Made by a program: the position numbers and the translations under genes. Below are positions 48,822-58,260 of a stretch of DNA of 64,000 nucleotides, in pieces. The stretch is from positions 197,176-261,175 of the forward strand of contig JAXHMZ010000005.1 in NCBI GenBank assembly GCA_034521025.1. Reading direction: 5' to 3'. The DNA comes from Candidatus Campbellbacteria bacterium (GTDB lineage: Bacteria > Patescibacteriota > Minisyncoccia > Phycocordibacterales > JAXHMZ01). The notes under the pieces were generated by a model that did no database searches, was not told where the DNA came from, and saw only the letters and a program-made list of their open reading frames with translations. Numbering within the stretch: the first letter of the stretch is position 1; every line of letters starts with the position of its first letter.

Positions 48822-49451
48822 ATGGATCTCCAAACTTTTATTATTCTAGGAAGTTCGGGAAGTGGTAAGGGAACGCAAACACGAATGTTGAATCAATATC
48901 TGGAAGAGGTAGACAAAGAAAGGGGTGTGATAGAGCTTGTGATGGGAGACAATCTTCGCGAGTTGTGGAGAAGGCAAGGGTATACAGAAGAAAGGTCAAA
49001 AGAACTAATGGAGCTCGGGAAATTGCAACCGAGCTTTTTACAGATCTATACTTGGACGCAATTCTTTATTGATAATTTGGAAGGGAATGAACATTTGATC
49101 GTTGACGGTACTCCGCGAAGAATTGAGGACGCTATTGCTATGGATTCTGCCTTCCGTTTTTATGAAAGACCAAAGCCGAAATTTATTTTTCTTGATATTT
49201 CGCGTGAAGAAGCAAAGAAGAGGTTATTAGAAAGATCCGCGCAGTCTAAAAATAAAACAGACTTGCGTTCAATTGAGGACGAGGAGGAAAAAATTGAATC
49301 ACGTCTCGACTGGTTTGAAGAATTTGTACTACCGGCTGTTGACTTTTTTAAGAATAATCCGGATTATAAATTTATTAATATAGATGGAGAGCTTCCAGTT
49401 GAAGAGGTGCATAGAAGTATAATCAAAAAAGCATTCGAAGATGATCTGTAA
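48822..49451 (+). CDS. Adenylate kinase-like, short type, paralog 2 (tandem duplicate)
   Basis: 'GSSGSGKGTQT' and 'DGTPRR' motifs, collinear with paralog 1. Confidence 0.7.
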   Translation: MDLQTFIILGSSGSGKGTQTRMLNQYLEEVDKERGVIELVMGDNLRELWRRQGYTEERSKELMELGKLQPSFLQIYTWTQFFIDNLEGNEHLIVDGTPRRIEDAIAMDSAFRFYERPKPKFIFLDISREEAKKRLLERSAQSKNKTDLRSIEDEEEKIESRLDWFEEFVLPAVDFFKNNPDYKFINIDGELPVEEVHRSIIKKAFEDDL

Positions 49452-50208
49452 AACAGAACAAGAAAAAGAGATCTTGCGAGAGGGAGGCAAGCGCCTTGCC
49501 GAAATCCGCTCTGTTCTAGCCGAGAAAACTAAAGCTGGTGTCTCTACAGTGGAATTGGATGAGTTGGCTTATCAATTGTGTACTAAGGACGGAGATCTGC
49601 CCGCGTTTCTGAACTATACTCCTTTTGGAGCGCCCAGACCCTTTCCTTCCAGTATATGTGTTTCCGTAAACGACGTCGTGGTACACGGAATTCCGACTGA
49701 AGATCCGCGAGTCATAAAAGAAGGAGATTTGGTTACTATTGACGTAGGTTTAGTTCACAAAGGGCTGATAACAGACAGTGCTATTACGGTAGAAGTGGGA
49801 GAGGTAAAAGATAGAGAACACAGAATGGTTGTGGCTGCGAGAGAAGCGCTCGATAAGGCCATAAAAAAGGTTCGTGCCGGTGTGCGCGTAGGAGAGATAT
49901 CAAAAGTCATAGAACAGACCGTTAAAGAACAAGGTTTTGGCGTGCCCCAGGAATTGGGAGGCCACGGAGTTGGCAAGTCAATACACGAAGAACCAAGTAT
50001 CACGAACGTTTTCTTTGGGAACCTTGGTCCTTCCTTGCGAGAAGGAGAGGTAATAGCCATAGAGCCGATCATTACTATGGGCAAGGGAGATATAGTTTTC
50101 GATCACAAGGATGGATACACGATAACCACCAAAGATGGTTCAAAAAGCGCGCATTCAGAACACACCTTAATTGTAACCAAGAACGGATCTGAGATCTTGA
50201 CTGTTTAA
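49441..50208 (+). CDS. map: Methionine aminopeptidase type I
   Basis: Pita-bread motifs: 'HGIP', 'DVG', 'GHGVG' and 'EP..T'. Confidence 0.9.
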   Translation: MICKTEQEKEILREGGKRLAEIRSVLAEKTKAGVSTVELDELAYQLCTKDGDLPAFLNYTPFGAPRPFPSSICVSVNDVVVHGIPTEDPRVIKEGDLVTIDVGLVHKGLITDSAITVEVGEVKDREHRMVVAAREALDKAIKKVRAGVRVGEISKVIEQTVKEQGFGVPQELGGHGVGKSIHEEPSITNVFFGNLGPSLREGEVIAIEPIITMGKGDIVFDHKDGYTITTKDGSKSAHSEHTLIVTKNGSEILTV

Positions 50209-50253
50209 AGAATTCACATGGCGTAGTTTTTCCTATGGTACAATTGAGAGTAT

Positions 50254-51780
50254 ATGGTGGACGCATCTAACCAAGGAACAACATCGCAAGATATTTCACG
50301 TGCCGCGAATGTAGATTCGCATGACGTGGAGGACATAGATCGAGAACTGGAGGCCTATTTAGAGGAAAAACGCTCCGGTAAATCAATGAACTTTGATCAT
50401 TCTGTGGATGAGCAGTTATCCAATATAAGACAAAAAATGAAATCGGGTGGCCGAGAAAACAAATCTTCTTCAGTGGGCGGAGGGGTGCCACAGAAAGCTG
50501 ATTCTAAAAATTCTAGTAACAATAGCTCGGCTCATTCTGCTGACGTGAAAAGTTCAGACTCCGAGCACGAGAATATCATTCGGTCGCTCGAAGAGAAATA
50601 TAGTGTTGGCAAAGAAAAAGCCAAAGATAACAAAGCACCAGATCAGCCGAAGGAAAGAGAGGATTCAAACGGGGAAGATAAAAAAGACACTAAAGATACT
50701 AAAGCGACCAAAGAAACCGAAGAAAACGCAAAAAAAGATCAAGCTGGCGGCGACTCACCCGACATTTCTCTAGGCAGGTTAATGGATAATATTGAAGGTT
50801 TGGATGAGCCACACGCCAAAACTTTATATGAAAAGATCAAGCAATTGCCCGAAAGATCCCAAGGAAAGATCATTGATGATTTTCTGCCTAAGTTACGGCG
50901 CAACAAAGAACGCAAAGAACTTTTCGAAAGAACTCAATCAGAACTGGAAAACGAACTGAAAAACTTTTTGGATAATAATGCATCTCCTAACACCTCGACA
51001 GACGACGAAAGTTTGGCTAAACCGCTGACTTTCTCAAAAGACACTCCTAACGAGGAAGCCACAGTATCGGAAAAATCGAAAGGATTTGATGTCCTTGATA
51101 GACAGAAAAATACCACTGAGAATGTTCATAGATTCTCAGAAAATCAGGACTCTGGGCAAAAAGAAAAGGCTAGTGAAGAAGAAACCGTATCTAGTAGTAC
51201 AAGTGTAGATGAGAAAGATTCAAAGGAGGAAGGTGAAGCCGACGAGAAGATAAAAGAAAACCAAGATACTCTTTCTGAAGCGAGAGATACTAAAACGAAA
51301 GAAACAAACGAAGTAGAAGAAGCAAGTCAAGCGAACGAGATCGATGAGAAAAAGTCTGAAGTATTCGAAGCTGCGCAAGAAGAAAAGGTTAAAAAAGAAC
51401 CGAGAGAAGAAGAGCGTCCAGAAGGACAGGAAAGCCCAGATAAAGTCAGCCTAAAAGACGAATCCAAAGATAAAGAAGAAACACCTGGAGAGAAAGCCGA
51501 AGGATTTGAAAAAGCTGCAAAAGAGGAAAGTCAAGATACAGAGGACAATATCATAGAAGAATATAAGCAATATTTGGCAGGACTTGATAAAAAGCCGGTG
51601 GTGCTAGTTTATGAACCAGAGAACGGCTTTGTGAGGAAAGAAGTTAATCCAGAAGATTCTTCTCTCAACCTTTCCTATTCCTACGACAAAGAATCAGATT
51701 CGGTAGTTCTTTCAATATTTGACACTGAAGGTAACGAGCTTGGCTCCCAAAGGACTCCACGGAGCAAGATCAAATCCTAG
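50254..51780 (+). CDS. Low-complexity acidic K/E/D/S-rich protein (508 aa), hypothetical
   Basis: Long ORF after a TGGTACAAT extended -10. Mostly disordered-looking, with a short globular-looking C-terminus. Confidence 0.5.
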   Translation: MVDASNQGTTSQDISRAANVDSHDVEDIDRELEAYLEEKRSGKSMNFDHSVDEQLSNIRQKMKSGGRENKSSSVGGGVPQKADSKNSSNNSSAHSADVKSSDSEHENIIRSLEEKYSVGKEKAKDNKAPDQPKEREDSNGEDKKDTKDTKATKETEENAKKDQAGGDSPDISLGRLMDNIEGLDEPHAKTLYEKIKQLPERSQGKIIDDFLPKLRRNKERKELFERTQSELENELKNFLDNNASPNTSTDDESLAKPLTFSKDTPNEEATVSEKSKGFDVLDRQKNTTENVHRFSENQDSGQKEKASEEETVSSSTSVDEKDSKEEGEADEKIKENQDTLSEARDTKTKETNEVEEASQANEIDEKKSEVFEAAQEEKVKKEPREEERPEGQESPDKVSLKDESKDKEETPGEKAEGFEKAAKEESQDTEDNIIEEYKQYLAGLDKKPVVLVYEPENGFVRKEVNPEDSSLNLSYSYDKESDSVVLSIFDTEGNELGSQRTPRSKIKS

Positions 51781-51783
51781 CGT

Positions 51784-54537
51784 ATGGAAAGAAATCCATT
51801 CGAGGGAAAGAAATTTGATAGTACCGAAGAGGAACTCGCGTTCCTTCGCGAGGAGCTGCGCAAAAGAGAGAGTGCTCTTGAAACGCTACCTGGTGAGAGT
51901 CAAGAAGTAGAAAGAGAAAACAGAGAAGCCAAAGCGCGTGAGGTTGTATCTGAATACGCGAATAACTCTTTTGCTTTAAATGAAGAGAGACCGGAAGAAA
52001 TCACTCAGTCGCCGGAAATTAAGGAGCTTGGTTTAGCTCCGGAAAAACACGACGAAAAAGTCTCCGAATTGCTGAATTTGGCCAAGGAGAAAGGCATCAA
52101 ACAGACTCTAAGAGAAGTTCGAGCTCTCAATGATCCGCATCTCGAAGACGACTTTCACCGTCTTTTAGCGGAATATATAAAGACAGACCATCAGTTATCA
52201 GGGGTTGAAAATAACAAACGACTTTCCAGGGGTCTAAATCTCTCTCTTTTTGAGGTTAAGGTATCAAAGTCGGACCTCGACGACGGCAAAGATGAAACTT
52301 TTAAATCAAATCATTCCCTTATGCAGGAGTTGTTCTCCGGTCTTCGCTCTATTGCAGAAGGTGGCATAGAAGGAGGAAAAAAAGGTTTTTACTTTGGAAT
52401 AGAAATTGCTCTTGAGTACATTGGATCTCAAGTGAGATTTTTTGTAGCTATTCCCAAAGAAAAAATAGAGATGTTCGAGAAACAATTTTCTGCTTTATTT
52501 CCGAATGCGCACATCTCTTACGTAAAGGATGACTATAATATCTTTAATGAAAACGGCAAAGCAAGTGTTTCCAGAGGGTTCCTGAAATCTTCTGAAATTT
52601 TACCTATACGCACTTTTGATCTTTTCGAAACCGACCCTCTTAATACCATTTTGAATTCTTTTACTGAACTTGAACGCGAAGGTGAAGGGGCGGCGTTACA
52701 GTTCTTATTTTCTCCTCGTGGAGAAGGGGCGAACAAAAATTTTCGAGAGGTTAAAGAAAGGGTAGAAAAAGGGTCCAGTTTAGACAAAGCATTAGAAGAG
52801 GGCACTTTAGCCGGAGAATTCAAGAAACTTTTTCTACCCGGAAAGAAAAAGTCTAAAAACGAAGATGAACGAGAAGAGGTTTCAGAAAACGAGGAATTGG
52901 TAGAAAAGATAGAAAATAAAATATCTTCTCCTTTGTATAAAGTTAACATTCGCGTAATTACTTCAGCTAACGAAGTAGGCAGGGCAAAAGTTATTCGCGA
53001 GAACATAGAGTCGGCTTTCAATCAATTTGACCTTGAAGGATCGAACGCTATTCGTTTCAAAGAAGTTAAAGGCAACGCATTACGGAAGTTTGAGAACAAA
53101 TATTCTTTTAGATTGTTTGATGAGAGCAATGCCTTTTCGTTAAATACAAGAGAAGCGGCAACGCTTGTTCATATTCCCGGGCTTGGTACACATGTTTTAA
53201 GATCTTCGGGTTCACCTGGTCGTGAATCAGGAGCGCCTCCGAATGATATGCCGGAAGAGGGACTTTTGGTTGGCACTAATGATTATAGAGGGCGTGAACG
53301 CAAGATATTCCTTTCTCCCGACGATCGTCTGCGTCACTTGTATGTAGTAGGGCAAACCGGCACCGGTAAGACCACTATGTTAAAAAATATGATCACTCAA
53401 GACATATTGGATGGAGAAGGTGTCTGTATGATAGATCCGCACGGCTCAGATATAGAAGACATTCTAGCGGTTGTACCCGAAGAAAGATATGACGATGTCA
53501 TATATTTTGATCCGAGCGATCAGTCTCGTCCGATGGGACTTAATATGCTTGAGTTTGACAGCACTAGACCCGAAGAGAAAACGTTCGTTGTGAACGAAAT
53601 GTTATCTATATTTAACAAACTCTTCGATATGAAGACGGCGGGAGGTCCTATGTTTGAGCAGTATTTCCGCAACGCCGTACTATTGGCTCTAGGAGGAGAT
53701 GAGCCGGCTACTCTCTTTGATGTTTCGCGAGTCTTATCCGACGCTGATTTTCGCAACAAGAAAATTTCTGTTTCTAATAATCCGCCAGTAATACAATTTT
53801 GGAATGAGATAGCAAACAAAGCGGGCGGAGAAGCGTCGTTGCAAAATATAGTTCCTTACATTACTTCAAAATTTGATGTCTTTCTTTCTAATGACGTAAT
53901 GCGGCCTATTATTGCCCAGAAGCAATCATCCTTTAGTTTTCGTGAAGTTATGGATGAGAGAAAAATTCTCTTGGTCAATCTTTCCAAAGGAAAATTGGGC
54001 GATATAAACTCTTCTCTTATCGGCCTTATAATCGTCGGGAAATTGCTCCTAGCGGCGCTATCGCGAGCGGATTCGCAAAGAGAAGAATTTCCTCCTTTCT
54101 ATTTATACTTAGATGAGTTCCAAAACATAACCACCGACTCCATATCTACGATCCTTTCTGAGGCGCGCAAATATAAGCTTTCTCTCACGGTGGCGCACCA
54201 GTTCATAGCTCAACTTTCCGAACCCATTCGTGATGCGGTATTTGGCAACGTCGGGTCACTTGCAAGTTTTAGGGTGGGTGCCGATGATGCTGAATATTTG
54301 GAAAAATTATTTTCACCGACTTTTGATGCTCAAGATATTATGAATATTCAAAATCGTCAGGCAATACTGAAGCCGTTGGTCAGCGGCACCCCTCGTGATC
54401 CGTTTTTGATAAATACGCAGGCGCCAGTTGAAGGTAATGAGGGCCAAATAGAGAAACTCAAGGATCTTTCTAAAGACAGATTCGGGCGTGATCGTACAGA
54501 AATCGAAAGAGAGATCATAGAGAACTATAGAAAATGA
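51784..54537 (+). CDS. P-loop NTPase of the TraG/VirD4/HerA (AAA_10/DUF87) family with a ~480-aa N-terminal extension
   Basis: Walker A 'VVGQTGTGKTTML', 'CMIDPHGSD', Walker B 'LYLDEFQNI', then 'ARKYKLSLTVAHQF...QL' resembling coupling-protein C-terminal motifs. Start is 4 nt after the upstream gene. Confidence 0.7.
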   Translation: MERNPFEGKKFDSTEEELAFLREELRKRESALETLPGESQEVERENREAKAREVVSEYANNSFALNEERPEEITQSPEIKELGLAPEKHDEKVSELLNLAKEKGIKQTLREVRALNDPHLEDDFHRLLAEYIKTDHQLSGVENNKRLSRGLNLSLFEVKVSKSDLDDGKDETFKSNHSLMQELFSGLRSIAEGGIEGGKKGFYFGIEIALEYIGSQVRFFVAIPKEKIEMFEKQFSALFPNAHISYVKDDYNIFNENGKASVSRGFLKSSEILPIRTFDLFETDPLNTILNSFTELEREGEGAALQFLFSPRGEGANKNFREVKERVEKGSSLDKALEEGTLAGEFKKLFLPGKKKSKNEDEREEVSENEELVEKIENKISSPLYKVNIRVITSANEVGRAKVIRENIESAFNQFDLEGSNAIRFKEVKGNALRKFENKYSFRLFDESNAFSLNTREAATLVHIPGLGTHVLRSSGSPGRESGAPPNDMPEEGLLVGTNDYRGRERKIFLSPDDRLRHLYVVGQTGTGKTTMLKNMITQDILDGEGVCMIDPHGSDIEDILAVVPEERYDDVIYFDPSDQSRPMGLNMLEFDSTRPEEKTFVVNEMLSIFNKLFDMKTAGGPMFEQYFRNAVLLALGGDEPATLFDVSRVLSDADFRNKKISVSNNPPVIQFWNEIANKAGGEASLQNIVPYITSKFDVFLSNDVMRPIIAQKQSSFSFREVMDERKILLVNLSKGKLGDINSSLIGLIIVGKLLLAALSRADSQREEFPPFYLYLDEFQNITTDSISTILSEARKYKLSLTVAHQFIAQLSEPIRDAVFGNVGSLASFRVGADDAEYLEKLFSPTFDAQDIMNIQNRQAILKPLVSGTPRDPFLINTQAPVEGNEGQIEKLKDLSKDRFGRDRTEIEREIIENYRK

Positions 54538-54629
54538 TAGTCACTCATAAGAAATTTTTCGTTCGCATCTAGAAGAATTTGTTTATTGGTGTATAATCGA
54601 ATGCAAAGTTTTAACTAATAATAAGATAT

Positions 54630-55232
54630 ATGGATCATCCTAAAAAAGAACAAACGTTTGTAATGGTAAAACCCGATGGCGTACAACGTTCGCTTGTCGG
54701 AGAGATAGTTTCTCGCATTGAAAGAACTGGTTTGAAACTAGTCGGGCTTAAAATGCTTGTGCCCGGTCGATCCCAGGCGGCAGAGCATTACGGCAAGGAC
54801 GAAGCATGGTGCGAGAAAGTAGGAAACCGAATAATTGAAAACATAAAAGACAGTGGAGAAAAGCCGGGTAAATCGGCTCTCGAATACGGACAAGAAGTTT
54901 TGGAAGGGTTATATGATTTTCTTACCGCGGGACCTGTAGTTCAGATGGTGTTTGAAGGCAATCAAGCCGTTGGAGTAGTTAAAAAAATTGTTGGTGACAC
55001 AGAACCGCTATCGTCTGACGTCGGAACTATTCGCGGAGACCTGACCGTTGACTCTTATGAAATAGCTAATGTAGATGGTCGTGCGGTAAGGAATTTGATC
55101 CACTGCTCAGATGAACGGGAAGAAGCCAAGCGTGAAATACAAGTTTGGTTTAGCAAAGATGAGCTGGTGCGCTATCGTCATATCAATGAGCGTATGCTCT
55201 ATGACGTCAACATAGACGGGATTCTCGAGTAG
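54630..55232 (+). CDS. ndk: Nucleoside diphosphate kinase (with insertions)
   Basis: 'TFVMVKPDGVQR', 'GTIRGD' and 'NLIHCSD' active-site His region. Confidence 0.8.
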   Translation: MDHPKKEQTFVMVKPDGVQRSLVGEIVSRIERTGLKLVGLKMLVPGRSQAAEHYGKDEAWCEKVGNRIIENIKDSGEKPGKSALEYGQEVLEGLYDFLTAGPVVQMVFEGNQAVGVVKKIVGDTEPLSSDVGTIRGDLTVDSYEIANVDGRAVRNLIHCSDEREEAKREIQVWFSKDELVRYRHINERMLYDVNIDGILE

Positions 55233-55288
55233 ACGAGTTGCTATTGTCGCCTATCTGTTGTATAAAGCGAGAGGAGAGAGGTGTTTTT

Positions 55289-55669
55289 ATGTCGGAGAAA
55301 ACCGTGAGTTTCGATAAGCGCTTGTTGCGTCTTGAAGGCTGTAACAGTAATGTCGCAACTAGACATCTGCGCAATGCCCGCTTCAGTGTCTACGGCAGAG
55401 TTCAAAAAGGGGATAACAACGCTATAAGTGATCGCAAAAAAGCCGCGATGTATCTTAGAAAAGTATTAGATGCGCGCGTGCTCCAAGTAAAGCTTAGCAA
55501 AGAGGAGTGGCAAGATTATGTTCCGGATATGCTGGAGCATTTGTTTGCCAGACACGCGATTCGAAAAGAAATCAACGGAGAAGCACCAATTAGAGAACTG
55601 GCCGAAGAGATCGAGACCTTGGCAGCCCGTCTAAGGGAAAGGTTTGTTCCTGATCCGGTTAGTAAATAA
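55289..55669 (+). CDS. Hypothetical protein
   Basis: GAGAGGAGAGAGG purine tract upstream of ATG 55289. The ORF-track start at 55238 is further upstream. No known motif. Confidence 0.4.
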   Translation: MSEKTVSFDKRLLRLEGCNSNVATRHLRNARFSVYGRVQKGDNNAISDRKKAAMYLRKVLDARVLQVKLSKEEWQDYVPDMLEHLFARHAIRKEINGEAPIRELAEEIETLAARLRERFVPDPVSK

Positions 55670-55678
55670 GTTTCCAAT

Positions 55679-55705
55679 CGAGGCGCACACATGTGCGCCT
55701 TTTGT
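55679..55705 (+). terminator. Intrinsic terminator upstream of prfB
   Basis: Stem aggcgcaca / tgtgcgcct followed by TTTT, then a TATAAT box. Confidence 0.55.
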
Positions 55706-55721
55706 TATAATACTAGGTAAT

Positions 55722-56603
55722 ATGAGTGATTCGAAAGATAAAGTCGCATTGCAAAAACGCCTTGATGAGATAATGAAAGGGATGTCATCGCCGGACTTTT
55801 GGAGTAACAAAGAACGCGCGCAAGAAACGGTTCGTGAGATGGAAGAAATAAAAGCTAAGATAGAGGGTGTGGGTAAGTACGATCGTGGTAACGCGATCCT
55901 TCATATTTATTCCGGCGCCGGAGGGGATGACGCGGACGATTTTGCTCGAATGTTGCTTAATATGTACCGAAACTACGCGGAAAAAATGGGATGGGGAGTT
56001 CAAGTACTTTCAAAAAGTGAATCAAACATAGGAGGAATAAAAACTCTATTTGTCGAGATTGTTGGCAAGGGTGCATATGGTACACTAAAGAGCGAGTCTG
56101 GGGTTCATAGACTAGTCCGGACTTCGCCGTTTAACAGTAAAGGTCAGAGGCATACCTCGTTTGCGATGGTTGAAGTTTTGCCTGTATTTGAAAAAACCGG
56201 TGAGATAGAGATCAATTCTGATGATGTTGAAATAGAGTTTTCAAAATCCAGCGGTCCGGGAGGTCAGAATGTTAACAAGAGAGAAACGGCGGTCAGGGTG
56301 ATCCATAAAGATACCGGTATCGCGGTTCAGGTTAGCTCTGAGCGCAGTCAAGCTCAGAATCGTGAAAAGGCTATGCAGATATTGGCGGCGCGCCTATGGG
56401 AGAAACAGGAAGAAGACCGAGAACGACTAGGAAAAGGACTTTCGCCGAGTACAAACACCGAGCCTGAATGGGGATCACAAATACGTTCGTACGTACTCCA
56501 TCCTTACAAAATGGTAAAAGACCACCGAACGGATACAGAGGTAAGGAATGTAGAAGGAGTACTCGAAGGAGACATTGAACCTTTCTTAAGAGCACAACAA
56601 TAA
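55722..56603 (+). CDS. prfB: Peptide chain release factor 2, N-terminally short, with no programmed frameshift site
   Basis: 'SPF' motif, 'SGPGGQNVNK' (GGQ) and 'RLVRTSPFNS'. ATG 55722 follows a TATAAT box. The upstream reading is interrupted by the terminator. Confidence 0.85.
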   Translation: MSDSKDKVALQKRLDEIMKGMSSPDFWSNKERAQETVREMEEIKAKIEGVGKYDRGNAILHIYSGAGGDDADDFARMLLNMYRNYAEKMGWGVQVLSKSESNIGGIKTLFVEIVGKGAYGTLKSESGVHRLVRTSPFNSKGQRHTSFAMVEVLPVFEKTGEIEINSDDVEIEFSKSSGPGGQNVNKRETAVRVIHKDTGIAVQVSSERSQAQNREKAMQILAARLWEKQEEDRERLGKGLSPSTNTEPEWGSQIRSYVLHPYKMVKDHRTDTEVRNVEGVLEGDIEPFLRAQQ

Positions 56604-56608
56604 AAAGC

Positions 56609-57289
56609 ATGATAATTTTTGATAATGTAACGAAAATATACGGCAACGGCGTACCGGCGATCGAAAAAGTCGCTTTTGGGGTCGAGCCGGGCGAGTTTGT
56701 CTCTATTGTCGGCCATTCGGGCGCCGGGAAATCTACCCTCGTAAAGCTTTTGTTAGCCGAAGAGATGCCTAGCGAAGGAACGGTACTTTTTGACAAGGTG
56801 GATATACATAATTTACGCAAGCGCGACATAAACCTTCTACGTAGGCGGTTGGGTGTGGTATTTCAGGATTTTCGTCTGCTTCCGCACAAAACCGTATTTG
56901 AGAATGTGGCTTTTGCGATGGAGGTCTCGGAGCGCACCGACAGTGAGATCGAATCTGATGTTCCTTACGCGTTGGAGTTGGTGGGACTCGAAAACAAAGA
57001 AGAGAATTTCCCTAACGAGTTATCCGGCGGTGAGGCGCAACGTCTCGCTATAGCTCGCGCGATCGTAACCCAGCCGGATGTATTAATAGCTGACGAGCCT
57101 ACAGGAAACTTGGATCCGGTAAATATTCACGACATAATACGAATCCTGGAGAAGATAAACAGTTTGGGTACAACAATTTTGTTGACTACTCATAATAAAG
57201 GAGTCGTGGATTCGTTGGATCAGCGCGTCATAACAATGGAAAACGGCCGGATCGTTCGTGACGATAGAAAGGGGCGATACATTATTTAA
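56609..57289 (+). CDS. ftsE: Cell division ATP-binding protein FtsE
   Basis: ABC motifs 'GHSGAGKST', 'LSGGEAQR' and '[11 protein letters not shown]'. Confidence 0.9.
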   Translation: MIIFDNVTKIYGNGVPAIEKVAFGVEPGEFVSIVGHSGAGKSTLVKLLLAEEMPSEGTVLFDKVDIHNLRKRDINLLRRRLGVVFQDFRLLPHKTVFENVAFAMEVSERTDSEIESDVPYALELVGLENKEENFPNELSGGEAQRLAIARAIVTQPDVLIADEPTGNLDPVNIHDIIRILEKINSLGTTILLTTHNKGVVDSLDQRVITMENGRIVRDDRKGRYII

Positions 57290-57297
57290 CTAATAGT

Positions 57298-58221
57298 ATG
57301 GAAATGTTCTTTACCAATCTAAGAAGAATTATACGATCAGGTTTTGTGGGCTTTTGGAGAAACGCTTTTGTTTCGCTTTCTTCGATGCTAGTTATGGCTG
57401 TTACTATATTTGTGGTAGGAGCTCTTTATTTTACTGGAATTATTCTCGAAGAAACACTTGAAAATATCCGCGAGCGAGTTGACATCAATGTATATATTAC
57501 CCAGGAAGCTACGGAGGAAGAGACCTTGTCGCTTCAAAGTAAGCTTGAGAATTTGGAGCAAGTAGAATCCGTTGAATACACATCGCGAGATCAGGCTCTA
57601 GCGGAATTCCAGGAAGAGAACCCCGACTTCAATGAAGCTTTTGATGTTCTGGAGAAAAACCCGTTAAATGCCTCACTAAATGTTTTAGCAACCGATACTT
57701 CAGAGTATGATCAAATACAATCTTTCCTTGAAAGTAACGCCGCTTTAACAGAAGACGGAGAGAATATAGTAGAGCGCAGTAACTACAACAATAATCAGGT
57801 TGTTATTGAGAGACTAACTTCGATTATGGAGACCACGGAAAGGGTAGGTATATATGCGACGATACTTCTGTTCGTTCTATCAATTATCATTACCTTTAAT
57901 ACAATTCGTTTGGCGATATTTACCTCCCGGGAAGAAATATCTGTTATGCGTCTAGTGGGGGCCAGTAACACTTATATTCGGGGGCCTTTTGTAATTACCG
58001 GGATCATTGGAGGTATATTTGCCGGAACGATAGTCTTGATGATCTTCTACCCTCTGACTTTGTGGTTGGGTCCCCAGGCCCAAAACTTCTTTGGAAGCGT
58101 GAACATTTTCGATCACTATATTGATAACTTCTTGGAACTTGCTCTTATTTTTGTAGGTCTAGGTATAATTCTCGGCGCGCTTTCCAGTTTCCTCGCGGTG
58201 CGTCGTTACCTCTATTATTAA
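57298..58221 (+). CDS. ftsX: Cell division permease-like protein FtsX
   Basis: 4-TM topology with a large periplasmic loop, directly after ftsE. Confidence 0.8.
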   Translation: MEMFFTNLRRIIRSGFVGFWRNAFVSLSSMLVMAVTIFVVGALYFTGIILEETLENIRERVDINVYITQEATEEETLSLQSKLENLEQVESVEYTSRDQALAEFQEENPDFNEAFDVLEKNPLNASLNVLATDTSEYDQIQSFLESNAALTEDGENIVERSNYNNNQVVIERLTSIMETTERVGIYATILLFVLSIIITFNTIRLAIFTSREEISVMRLVGASNTYIRGPFVITGIIGGIFAGTIVLMIFYPLTLWLGPQAQNFFGSVNIFDHYIDNFLELALIFVGLGIILGALSSFLAVRRYLYY

Positions 58222-58260
58222 AATCAACCAAAGCCACACTAATACCTAATATATTCTGTA

